A program made the position numbers and the translations under genes. Shown here in pieces: positions 1 through 11,074 of a stretch of DNA of 64,000 bases. The first letter of the stretch is position 1, and every line of letters begins with the position of its first letter. The DNA is from Anthoceros angustus (Eukaryota > Plantae > Anthocerotophyta). The notes beneath the pieces were generated by a model. The model saw only the letters and a list, made by a program, of their open reading frames with translations. It did not search any database and was not told where the DNA came from. Location of the stretch: assembly GCA_010909165.1 (NCBI GenBank), contig MU008196.1:62001-126000 (forward strand). Reading direction: 5' to 3'.

Positions 1-50
1 AAGGGGGAGTGAGGGGTTTTTGTTGGGAATAGGAGAAGAACTCATTTTCA
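1..50 (+). repeat. 3' end of the 5' LTR of Gypsy A (cut by window start)
   Basis: ...GGGAATAGGAGAAGAACTCATTTTCA ends in CA; the same sequence ends the LTR copies at ~15694 and ~16346. Confidence 0.85.
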
Positions 51-62
51 CATCAGCAATCC
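50..62 (+). promoter_or_regulatory. Self-priming PBS of Gypsy A (ACATCAGCAATCC)
   Basis: Abuts the LTR end and has no TGG tRNA-type PBS. Exact reverse complement of GGATTGCTGATGT at 16226-16238 in the LTR, ~33 nt after a TATA-like TAGATAAAAG. Confidence 0.75.
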
Positions 63-479
63 ACTTTTCGTAGCTTAGCCGGGTATGTGCTACAAAGAAC
101 GCAAGTGATGACCGTACGGAACGCAAAGGACCGTGACACACTCGAGATAAGTCAATGGTGGAAATTGCTGAGAATGCTATAGGTTATTCTGTGCTATTCT
201 ATGCGGGTCGATCCATCCTTCACCTGGCCGCCTTGGCGGAACTAGAACCGGTGACTGCGGGCGTAGACGTGGACGAAGTGATTGACAAGGCCCTGCTAGC
301 GGATTGGACTGAAGGAGGCACTAACACCGACTTTGATGGAATGCCATACATAGTCTCTCGCAGGGGACGAGAGTGAGAGGGTGATGGTGTTCTTGCGCCT
401 CGCTGGACAAACTACACACCTATCCAAGAAGCTCGCAGTCCCACCGCCCAAAGATCCCCGCCCATGATTAGGAGGACGG

Positions 480-1517
480 TTCGAGTGGAGTCAAAGTCCC
501 ATCCGCCCATCGCATTTGAAGAAAGTTGTGGCGGAGCAAGAATGGAGTACGAGGCGCCTAGCAAGAACGATGTGTTCACCGGCGGCATGGTAGCATGTCA
601 CTTGCCGACTTTGAAGAGAAGTTCAGTGGGCAATCGATGAGATGGTGCTCAAATACAAATCTGAGTTCACACCCGAGATGGCATTAAGGAAAATGAGCAC
701 CTTCCTAGCATGAGAAGCGCTAATCTATGTGGACCCAAGGATCAAATCTTGCAGGATGCACGGACTTTGGCGAGGGCAAGAAGGGCTAAGAAGACGTCAA
801 AGGGAAGTGAAGAGGAAGAAGCGTCAAGCTCCATGCAAGGTGATGCAATCACGTATTTAGTGGATGAAATGTTTGCCAAGTTTGGGAGATGTTTAGGTAT
901 CCTCCATAGAAAGATCCAAGAACTATCAAAGTTCGTCATCAAGCCCAATGAACCTCTCGGTCCACTTCTGAGGCTAAGGCAGCTGGTGAAGGACACACGA
1001 GTGAAGGCATGCGAAGCCGCCCAAATATACATAGTTGCGCTTGGGCGGGCAAGGAGAGTGATTGCCAACTTCCTTCACATGATGCAGTGCTGATTATGAG
1101 TTAGCGGGCCTACGAGATGGCTGAAAGGGTCATGAAAGGTGATGTTGTGACCAGCGTCTTGGGAAGAACATGGCACAGTGAGGACACATCAACCTCGAAC
1201 ACGCACCGGTTCCAAGGAAGAAACGTGCCTCGGGAATAGGCAAAGCGCTATGCGAGAGTTCCCCCCACTAAGGAGGTCATCAACAGTGCAGCCACTACCA
1301 AGGCAACGGTGAAGTGCCTACGGTGCAGGGGGCCGCACAAAGCCTACGAGTGCGAATATCGACTCGGTGGAGCCAAGGAAAAGGAGGTGTGCAGAGCCTG
1401 TGCCAAGACAGGGCACACGGAGGCAGCATGTTGGCAGGCCCATCCCGAGTTTAAACCTAGAGCGTTGGGAGAGCGGGTCGTCAAGAAAGCTAAGTCGACG
1501 GTGGGTTATACCCGGAA
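480..1517 (+). pseudogene. Gypsy A gag, 5' part (frameshifted); continues at 7147 after the Copia insertion
   Basis: KIQELSKFVIKPNEPL gag-like segment, two zinc knuckles CLRCRGPHKAYEC and CRACAKTGHTEAAC. Frame VGYTR|KALLCEVHRLQEQLA joins across the insertion and matches element B SRKALLGQVEELKKEMA. Start approximate. Confidence 0.85.
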
Positions 1518-1701
1518 TGAAACTTTTATTTAGCGGAAGCTAGTTGTATTGCAAGAAGGAATAAAAGCAATTAATTAAAGTTGAATACAAAATTGTCTTA
1601 AGTACTTCATGTGAGCAGGTGTGACTATTCACCACTAACCAATATATTAAAATAACTAAATAATAACTGGTAGGTTAATAAGAACCTTTCACATTTTAAC
1701 A
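1518..1701 (-). repeat. 3' LTR of Copia 1
   Basis: Direct repeat of 6963-7146; adjacent CTCCCACTT reads as PPT AAGTGGGAG on the minus strand. Confidence 0.95.
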
Positions 1702-2159
1702 CTCCCACTTAACCTAAGCAGGTAGTTATTTATCCACCATTCCAGGTAAAAATAGGTAACTCCACGTAAATATGGATAATGCCAGGTAAATACGGGTAGA
1801 TACAAGTAAAAAACCGTTATGTACCCATCACCATGCATGGATGATGGGGGTTGTTGGGCATTAAAGCCCATACCCCTCCCGCTCCCCGTGAAAGCCGTAA
1901 GGCAAGGCGCCGACCTCAAAAGCACGCGGCCATGGAAGCGGACAAGCGTGAACACGGGCCGTCATTTCGAGCGGAGGGCATCGCCAGTAACAATGGAGGG
2001 AAGGAAAAGGCACGGCGCTTAATGAGCGGAGGTGCTACCGAGAGGCAACCTTGTAGGGCGCCACCATCCACCAATCAAATGAGTGCACGCTGACAACCAG
2101 ACCACCCAGATCCGTCCATGTCATCAACATCGATGCTCAAATGAATGTCATGACCCAGA

Positions 2160-5100
2160 GGCCGGTTGAAACAATAAGCAGAGACTCTTCGCTGCGTCAA
2201 GATTGGACGCCCCATCAAGATCGCGAAAGAGGTCAAGAAAAGAGACTTGCTCCCACTTGCTGAATATTGTAAACCAAAGGAAATAGTGCCCTTGATATAA
2301 CGATAATCGTTTAATATCATTCAGCAAGCGCCCCGTCGCTTAAGAAACCAAAAACCATACTAACACGTAGTCGATGCGTCGAGTCCAATTGGCGGAAAAT
2401 CAAGCATCCGATACCGTGATAAGGAATTGCCATATCTTTAAGATCTGCACTGAGGAGCTTGATCTATACTAAGCTTTTCCCCACCGCAGAGGGAGTCGTA
2501 ACAGTCGGCCTCATCCATATGAAAGTTTAAGAATTTCTTTGATGTACTTAGTTTGATGAAGAATAATCTGGCACTCGTGATTTAAAAACTGGATGCCAAG
2601 ATCGAGATCCTTGATCATCATTTCAAACTCAGCTCGAAGCATAGTCTTAACCTTCTCGAGTTGGGGAGTACTATTACTGAGAAGAACGCAATCATCCACA
2701 TAAAGTGCGAGAACAACAAAAGACCACCCTGGGAGAGGTAAAACACATTGCTGTCCGCAGGAGATTGTAGAAAACCGAGCTTCTTCAGGTACTTCACAAT
2801 TCGCTTGTACCATGCTCTTGGACTTTGTTTCAAGCCGTAAATAGTCTTTAGCAGCTTGCAAACTTTCTTAGCCCATTTTTTGTTGATGAAGCCTTGGTTC
2901 TTGCATGTATAACACTTCTTCTAACTCCCCATGCGTGAAAGTATACACGTCCCATTTGTTGGACTTCAAGGTCATACATGGCCATGCAACATACGGATGT
3001 AAGGTGGCTTCACAACCGTGAGAAGGTATCGCCATAATCAATACCGGTATTTGACTAAACCCTCGCAACCAAGCGTGATTGTATCTAGCCATTCCATCCG
3101 ATTTAAGCTTGGTCTTGAAGACCCACTTACTAATAGGTTTCCTACTGTGGAAGATCAACAAGTTCCCAAGTGTTATTCTTCATAAGGGAATTGTACTCAT
3201 CATCAATTGAAATCCGCCAATGGTGTCCATCTGGTCCATGAATAGCTTCCTCATAGGACTGCGGATCCGGCCTTACATCAAGTACATGTAGGCTAGAAAC
3301 ATGAGCACCATGCTTTCTGAAGTCCACAGGCTGATAAGGAGGCTCAACCCATTGCTCACGAGATCGGCGCTCACGAGCGGATCTGGAGCAGGGTCTTCAG
3401 GTGGAGAGGAGGCATCACCGTCGGTGATCCTTCCAGATCATCATCAGCAGCTGAGAAATTACCATCACCATCCATTGATTCATTCCCATTAAGGTCAGCA
3501 AGTGTTTCTTCCCTTCCTCATGTGAGTGGTAGCGAAGATTCTAGGTGGGCTTGGACTCACCATCGAAAATGGATAATCGGCAAGAGCGGGGAGAATCAAC
3601 ATGTGGAGGACTAGGTGTGTCATCTTCTGAATTTTCAGTTTCAGCGGACTCACGTGAAGGAGAAAAATGCAGATCTGAATCTTCTGTGTTAGGAGAATGT
3701 AGTTCACAAAAGGTGACACTACGAGCAAGTGTGAGTTTCCTGGTCTTAGGGTCATACAGCTTGTAGGCTTTACTTTCCTCAGAATAGCCTACAAAGAAAT
3801 AGGGCCTGGACCTATCATCTAACTTCTGACGTTTGGACACAGGAATGAACACAAAAGCAGGGGAGCCAAAGACACGAAGATGCAAAGAAACTGGTTTCTT
3901 GCTCCAAAAGGCTTCAAAAGGGGTTGTATCAGGTAAAGAGGTGGGAACTCTTTAAGATATAAGTAGCCGTCACTTGCCTCAATATCCCTTTGAAGTCCCG
4001 ACGGAGAGCATACTACGTGTCATCCCCATCAAAGTCGATTTTTCTCTCACCACTCCATTTCTTTGAGGAGTGTATGGGCCGAGTTGCCTTCTAATTCCAT
4101 TTTAAAGAAGATCATCATACTTTGCCCCAAGAAATTCCCCACCATTATCGTCCGTAGACATTTAACTAACTTTCCGGTTTGTCGTTGAACCGAGGGAATC
4201 AAGCGGCTATCTTATCAAATGCCTCACTCTTCAACTTCAAAGGAAATGTCCAAGTGAATCGAGAGTAGTCATCTGTAAGAGTGAGATAATACCAAGCGCC
4301 CCAAGGAGAGACACCGGCCGGCATGGACAAGCTCAAGTACCTCAGTGGCCCTAGTAGCATCCTTATTTTTAAAAGGTAATTCCTTCTGCTTAGACAAGAT
4401 ACATGATTTGCAAGCAGGAAGGTCCTTGAATTGAGCTGGAAGTTTCTCCTTGTAACGATCCCATAAGACATCAAACTCAATTTTGCCTTGTTGATATGAC
4501 CAAGGCGAGCATGCCAAAGTTCAGCAACAGATTTTGCCGATGTAGCAACAGCAGCCTGCTGAACTTGGGACAACACTTGGTGATAAAGTTCATTAACCAA
4601 AACACCTCTTGCTATGCACAGATCAGGGCTGGAAATCTTATACAAGCAGCAGCTGTTCAATTCAAATCTGAACCCAACCAAAGCTGATTGTGTAAGAGCT
4701 CTTATAGAGAGCAAATTCTTCGACATTCCAGAACGAAGAGAACATCCAGCAATTGCAACTGTGAACCATCAGCAAGAGGTATGTCAACTGAACCACTACC
4801 CTTCACATCAACTCCACGAGAATCCCCCACATAGACCAAGCTTCTTCTCTTCGACTTTGGAAGGTTGAGAGCGAGTCGATTATTGAGACATGGGCCGAGT
4901 CTATGAACCAAAGTGGGGAGACTTCACGAAAAGAAGTAAGGCAGACCGTGAGAACAGAAGAACTACTCTTAGCAGCGGCCTGCGAGGAAGATCCCTTGGA
5001 AGCCACATGAACTAGAGGTTTGGAATCCTTCCGTGGCTCACCAGCCTTCTTCTTGCGACAATCTCGTTCCCAGTGACCTGGAATTTGACACCAATTGCAG

Positions 5101-5860
5101 GTACCTTCACGTTTGGCAGCAGCGGGAGCAGGTGTTGGGTACTTTTTCTTCTTCCCCTTGTCTCTCCCCTGTCCAAACGTTTTTCCCTTGGATGCAACAA
5201 GGACCTTATCCGTGCGCACCCTTGCGGTGCCACCAGATCGTGTCCTACTCTGTTCCTCTTGATGTAGAGCGCCAATGAGCTCATTGAGGGTAAGAGTGGG
5301 TGCAGTTCCAGCTTTCACTGCGGATACAGAAGAACGCAACGAAGAATTTTGACTTGAGACAAATTGCTGATAGGAGGGAGGAGGTGGATGAAGGCGAGCC
5401 AACATCAATATCCTCAAGCTTGCTTCCAAGCATGGAGAGTCGCCTTGAGGTATCTAAATTTGATGTGCGCTCCTATCGTGTCTCCTTCCTTCATCCTTAA
5501 ACCATAGAAGTCATTTCTTGCAGCAACTAAGGTGAGGATGTTTTGCACTTGATAGGTGTCCTTCAGTTGTCTCCAGACGTCGGCTGCAGTTGGTAGAAAC
5601 TCAACCTCCGTCACAGTGGCCTCATCCAAACCAGATAGCAAAATGGCAAATGCAATTTTGTTGCCTTTGTTGAATTTGGCTATCTCTTCAGGTAATGCAC
5701 TGGTATCTGGTTGGGGAATTGAGCCATCCACAAATTCCCAAACATCACGTGCATCCAGAAAGGCCTTCATCCTAGCTCGCCAGCTCTTGTACCTAGCAGG
5801 TTTGCCATCAAACCTGTCCTTTTCTTTAAATTCCCCACTGTAAGATGTTCCTCCAGCCAT
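2160..5860 (-). pseudogene. Copia 1 gag-pol (frameshifted in this consensus; RNase H truncated)
   Basis: UBN2-type gag, knuckle CNWCQIPGHWERDC, WFIDS protease, LWHARLGH integrase Zn domain, HLRVFGS...VGYS..SKAY, RT with LALYVDD. Confidence 0.9.
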
Positions 5861-6950
5861 TTTGATCAAAACAGGAGGAATAGGTGGAGAGAAAGAAGGA
5901 AACTGAGAGGCTAACGAGTTAAGAAAATCTGCTTCAGTCTCTGTGCCCTCATCTAAGTCATCACTAAAATCCCACCATATAAACCGGAATAAATAATGTT
6001 GGCTGAAAAGAATAACAAAGATATGAAGAGGGGCAGCAACCAGGAGAGTTGAAGGGTACAAAACTTAACTAATAACGCTTCACTTTTGTGTTTTAGGGTT
6101 ACAGAAATAAAGAGGACAGTGGAAACTAAAGTTAGGGCACCTTTCCGGTGGCTCCTACACCAACCGCCACCAAGTCCCGTGACACCTCTTGAGCCGAAAC
6201 AAGATGCTCGAGAATCCGGCAAATTCTACAAGCAATCACTGAAATTGGCTTGAGGCACCACAATCAGTAGAAATTACAGGCGCTACCTCTTGGAAGCCTC
6301 CTCACATTGTTGCTTGAGGCTAGGGCGTCTGATCTGATGGATCTCTCGAGAAGGCCAAAGTTCGCCAGAGTTAAATTGTTCAAGGGAAACAACCAATTCA
6401 TCTACCGTGGCCTGGATCTCTTGAAGTCTTCTATACACAGAGGTAATCCTACCAGCCAATTGTGTAGAAACCTCATCGACAAATTTTACGTAGATTGAAG
6501 GCGGAATTTAGAAGTTGTCCAAAGACGTATATGGTCAACAAACTCCAAACTTCGGTCTTGATCGATCGATTGCGATTATAAACCCTTGAACGATGAATGC
6601 GAGGGGCCGGGCGGGGAAGGCAAGACAACAATTCTTTACATCAGATTTGTGTGCCTGTGAACTCCTAGGACGTCTGGAACTCGGAACTTGCTCAAGTGTC
6701 CGATTCCTGAGGAATTTGTTGTCTAATTCTGCCTGAGCCTTAAGATGATCAGCAGAATTAGAGAAATAAATTAGATCCTCAGAACGACGCCCTGTCCTCC
6801 GCGTCATTGCTCTTCTACTTCACATGTTCAGATTAAACCTGTGAGGCATTGTAACGCTAGAAGCCTAAGGGTCCTAGAATACTAGCAAGTCTGCAATATA
6901 TAGAGAGACAAGATTTGATCTAGCATATATTCAGACATTGAGCACCTGGT

Positions 6951-6962
6951 GCTCTGATACCA
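6951..6962 (-). promoter_or_regulatory. PBS complementary to initiator tRNA-Met (TGGTATCAGAGC)
   Basis: Canonical plant Copia PBS directly adjacent to the 5' LTR. Confidence 0.95.
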
Positions 6963-7146
6963 TGAAACTTTTATTGAGCGGAAGCTAGTTGTATTGCAAG
7001 AAGGAATAAAAGCAATTAATTAAAGTTGAATACAAAATTGTCTTAAGTACTTCATGTGAGCAGGTGTGACTATTCACCACTAACCAATATATTAAAATAA
7101 CTAAATAATAACTGGTAGGTTAATAAGAACCTTTCACATTTTAACA
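6963..7146 (-). repeat. 5' LTR of Copia 1
   Basis: Direct repeat of 1518-1701, followed by TSD CGGAA. Confidence 0.95.
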
Positions 7147-8010
7147 CGGAAAGCGTTGCTTTGCGAAGTGCATAGGCTGCAAGAACAGCTGGCAATTGGC
7201 ATGAGCGCGACAGAGAGTCCAAGTGCGCCTGTCGAGGAATACGACTCGGACACGGAGGTATACGCGTTGATGGCCCCAAGGGCAGCGACTGGCATGAGCT
7301 TAGGGGATTCTATCCAAAGAAAGAAGTCAGAGGAAAGAAACCAGCTCAAGATGCCGAAGTCCTTCAGGCAGAGTGAGGAGGATGAAGGAGTGTCGTCTCA
7401 GGCTAAGAAGGCACCAAGTGTCGAGGTCATGCTTGAAAGGGCAATGGATGCACCCGTGGTGAGCCTACAGATCGGGGTAAGAACGCAACCTTTCAAGCAA
7501 GTCATGCAAGCTCGATGAGAAAGGAGTCTCGAAGGAGGCGTGGTGCGGGCGTTAGTTTACGAGGTGATCATTTGAAACCAACAGCGCGAGGTAAAGGAGG
7601 CATCGCCATGGTGAACAATCAGAATCAGGAAGTCACCGTTGATGGCTTCGCACCACAATGCGTGTTGGTCGACACAGGTGCGGATCCGGTGTTGCTTGGA
7701 GCAAGGGTGCAGCAGGCGCTATATGGAGAAGCGGGCTGCGAGTGCGCATCACCACCTCCGCAGGGACTAAGGCGGGTGATGGGTATAACCCGCGATCCGG
7801 TCACAATTGAGCTCAAACCCGGGCACAAGACTCCCAGTTATCCAATGCGGTGCTGTCCGATGCGAAATTACGACGTGTTGCTCGGTGCCGATGCCACTCA
7901 CGGTCCGGCGATGGGGGTGGATCCATTGCACTCAGTAGCATTTTACAGACCGCGATGGCAAGAAGGAGATTTCACACATGTGGCAAGAATACCGTTGGAC
8001 ATGCATCGAC
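7147..8010 (+). pseudogene. Gypsy A gag C-terminus and aspartic protease
   Basis: CVLVDTGADPVLLG catalytic motif and YDVLLG(A)D C-terminal protease motif (ORF 7515-8267). Confidence 0.85.
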
Positions 8011-8319
8011 GTGATGAACAGTCAGGGGCCATGATGGCGCGACAGCATGTGTGGCGAAGCATCAGAGCGGTATGGGAAGAAACCCAGGAACTGATGAGGG
8101 AGGAAGCGCCGGACGAACGGCAAGTAGGGGAATGTATGTACATCAAGAGAACTCCTATGCTGTCTCGCATTGGCAAGAGAGCGTGTTCGGAAAGGACAGC
8201 CCAAGGCATGGCAGATAGCCAATGGGCGCCCGGAGGGTCACTTGCGCAGCACCATCACCCTGAGTAAGTCGGACCTGCGTATCAACAGTGACGTGGTACG
8301 GTGGCAAGCGGACGTCCAT

Positions 8320-9230
8320 GGGATTCACCTCATGGAGCTATGCTCCGGCATCAGCAGCGGACTAGAAGCCGTGTTGAAAAGCGGCTTACGGGTGAGAAAA
8401 TACACGTGCGTTGAGTCGGACGAGAAGACGCGTGCAGTGGCCAGATCAAGAATCGTTAGATTGCAAAGGACGTATCCTGAATTGCTAAGCATCGAGGCGA
8501 TCAAGGGTTGTCAAAGTAGATTGCCCCCGGACATCATGTTGGTGGGGAAACGACAGCTTGAGGCAATCAGGTGTCGTGTGGACATGTTAATCGCACGATG
8601 GGAGTGTCGGACTTTTTCCAGAGCCGGTCGCGGTTATGGCAACGGTGTAGAGATGGCCGCGGAAGTGATCCGAATCCTAAGGGAAGTGCAGTTGCTCAAC
8701 CCCGGCTGTTGGTACATTTTGGAAAATGTGTGCGGGGCATTTGATAAGCGTGAGAACGTCAGGAGGGACTATGAGCAGCTCAGGCGATGGTTGGGTGAAG
8801 AATTCGTCATCGATGCAGCACAGACTGGGTCATATGCTCACCGAGTACGGAGCTTTTGGACAAACATGGCTGAAGTAGAAGTCCTCTGACCGCAAGCATT
8901 GGATGGTAGAAAATACGTGGATGAAATTGAGGAAGGCGCTCACGATCGGTCAGAAAGGATAGACCGCCACACTTTCCAGTCAACATGGTGGGTACTGCAA
9001 GAAAGGCTTGGCCCACATTGGTAAGGACTGCACAATCATATGCGTTCCGGAGAGGAGGAGATGGCATGGTACTGGATATGAACGGAAATGAAATCGGGGA
9101 GCCTACAATAAGGGAACGAGAACGGGCCATGGGATTCGATGCAGACGGTACCTTCACGCACGGTGTCTCTGAAGCCTATCGGTGCAAGCTGGTGGGGCAG
9201 GCATTTGACCTTACCTGCTTGCAATGGCTA
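8320..9230 (+). CDS. C5 cytosine DNA methyltransferase domain (DNMT3-like) inside Gypsy A pol; split by indels in this consensus
   Basis: Motifs in canonical order: I HLMELCSGISSG, II YTCVESD, III LPPDI, IV DMLIARWECRTFS (Cys 8605-8607), VI YILENV, VIII DAAQTGSYAHRVRSFWTN, IX PTIRERERAMGF, X RCKLVGQAFD (ORFs 8170-8889 and 8985-9263). Confidence 0.9.
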
Positions 9231-9539
9231 TTGTGGGGCATGGCCACCGGATGGCGGGGATAACAGCTTTTGCACGCTTCTTGGCGACGCTTTCAGTAGA
9301 GCCGAGCAAGGGACATGCGTGAATGCGCAGGGGAACGCCACCACAAGACAAAAACGATCTGAGGGAAACGCATGAGTGGCAGATTTGTGAAGAATTGGAG
9401 GAGGTCGATCGGCAAAAGATTCGAAATATGCTGCAACACAACCGTGCTTCGCATTCGGTGAAAGTAGAGGCGATATGACAAAATAAAGTTCAAGATCACC
9501 ACCACCACCAAAGAGCCCATATTCCGACGAAGGCATAAG

Positions 9540-10780
9540 TTGAGCCCCATGGAATGGGAGATTGTGGATAAACGATGCAAGGAGTTGGCAGTGGCAGGGT
9601 TGATCAGGAAGTCAACCTCTCAATACGCTGCTGCCACGGTGTTGCCATTAAAGAAGGACGAAAACGGAGAATGGAAGGACAGGCGGATGTGCGGGGATTA
9701 TCGCGCACTAAACGAAGTCACACCCATGGAACGGTACCCCATGCCCACTCCTGATGAAATTTTTGATGCCATAGGGCAAGCCAAGTATTTCACTACATTG
9801 GACTTTCGATCCGGGTTCAACCAGATTGTCATTGAGGAAGGAGACAAGTGTAAGACAGCGTTTTGGGGCAAGGATCAGCTTTGGGAATGGGAAACGATGC
9901 CGTTTGGCTTGAAGAACGCATCTATATATTTTCAGCGGGTAGCTGACTTAGAGCTACAAGGGCTGCCCTTTGTGAGGTGCTATATAGACGATATTCTGGT
10001 GTTTAGTGACACATTACGGGAACATCTTGAACACCTGGAAGTCCTGCTGCAGAGATTGGCCAAGTCGGGGTTGAAAGCACATCCAAGAAAATGCAAATTT
10101 GCCTACAAAGAGATAGAATATTTGGGACATAAGATTGTTCCAGGTGGGGTGCTGCCTCAGTTGGCCAAGGTGCAGGCCGTGAACCTCATGCCCAGACCCA
10201 AAGATGTTGCCACCTTGAGGGCCTTTCTAGGGCTTGTCAACTACTATCGTCGTTTCATTAGAAACATGAGTGGAACCTGCAAAGTGCTGTATGAATTGCT
10301 CAAGAAAGGTGCCCGCTGGCAGTGGGGTCATGCGTAGGAACAAGCATGGCAGGAGCTAAAGGACCAATTGATGGAGAGGCCAATGCTCAGAAGGCCCAAC
10401 TTTGACAAACCTTTCATCTTATATACGGACTGGAGTGCAGCCGGGATTGGAGCAGTGCTGGCACAAACAGATGAAGAAGGGAAGGAGCGGGTTGTAGCAT
10501 ACGCAAGCAGGTCCAACAACGCAGCGGAAGCAAATTATTCGTCTTATGAAGGCGAATGCTTAGCAGCAGTGTGGGCGGTGTTGCATTTCAGGGTATATTT
10601 GTTTGGTCGGAGCTTTCAGCTTGTCACGGACCATCAACCACTACATTGGCTAATGACGAACATGAAGCTAAGCGGGAAGCTTGCTAGGTGGGCACTTTTG
10701 CTTTCAGAATATGATGTGCAAATCGTGCACCGAGCCGGCAAGGTGCATCTTAATGCTGATGGACTCAGCCGGAACCCGGT
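9540..10780 (+). CDS. Gypsy A reverse transcriptase and RNase H
   Basis: RMCGDYRALN, LDFRSGFNQ, MPFGLKNA, YIDD, FLGLVNYYRRF, ILYTDWS, VVAYASR, VTDHQPL, NADGLSR; one in-frame TAG at 10335. Confidence 0.95.
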
Positions 10781-11074
10781 ATGCAACAAGAGAGATGTGA
10801 CAGAAGCAAGGCACGACTTCGGACTCATCCAGAGTTTGCCCAGCTTGTATATGGCACTAATGTCCATCGAAGAAAAAGATGAAGGACGACTGGCTGAAGG
10901 AGGGCGAGACATATGGAAACACAAGCAAGCCATGCAGCTGCTGCAACAAGGGCATGTGGCTGGGTTGGACAGTTCAGAAGCTCTGACAAAGAATAAGCCG
11001 ATATAGTTACTGGCGCGGTGTTGTAATAGCGATGGGATTCTCAAAGAAGTTCACGCCTGGAAGATGAAAGCTCG

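Larger units (their letters stand above)
1518..7146 (-). mobile_element. Ty1/Copia LTR retrotransposon 1 nested in Gypsy A gag
   Basis: 184-bp TG...CA LTRs at 1518-1701 and 6963-7146 (1 mismatch seen), 5-bp TSD CGGAA (1513-1517, 7147-7151), tRNA-iMet PBS, PPT at 1702-1710, order gag-PR-INT-RT. Confidence 0.97.

Noticed and set aside
8170-9263. Bacterial restriction-modification methylase or contamination
   Set aside because: The domain is embedded at the same pol position in two retrotransposons, has DNMT3-like motifs and no partner nuclease, and the window contains intron-bearing plant genes.
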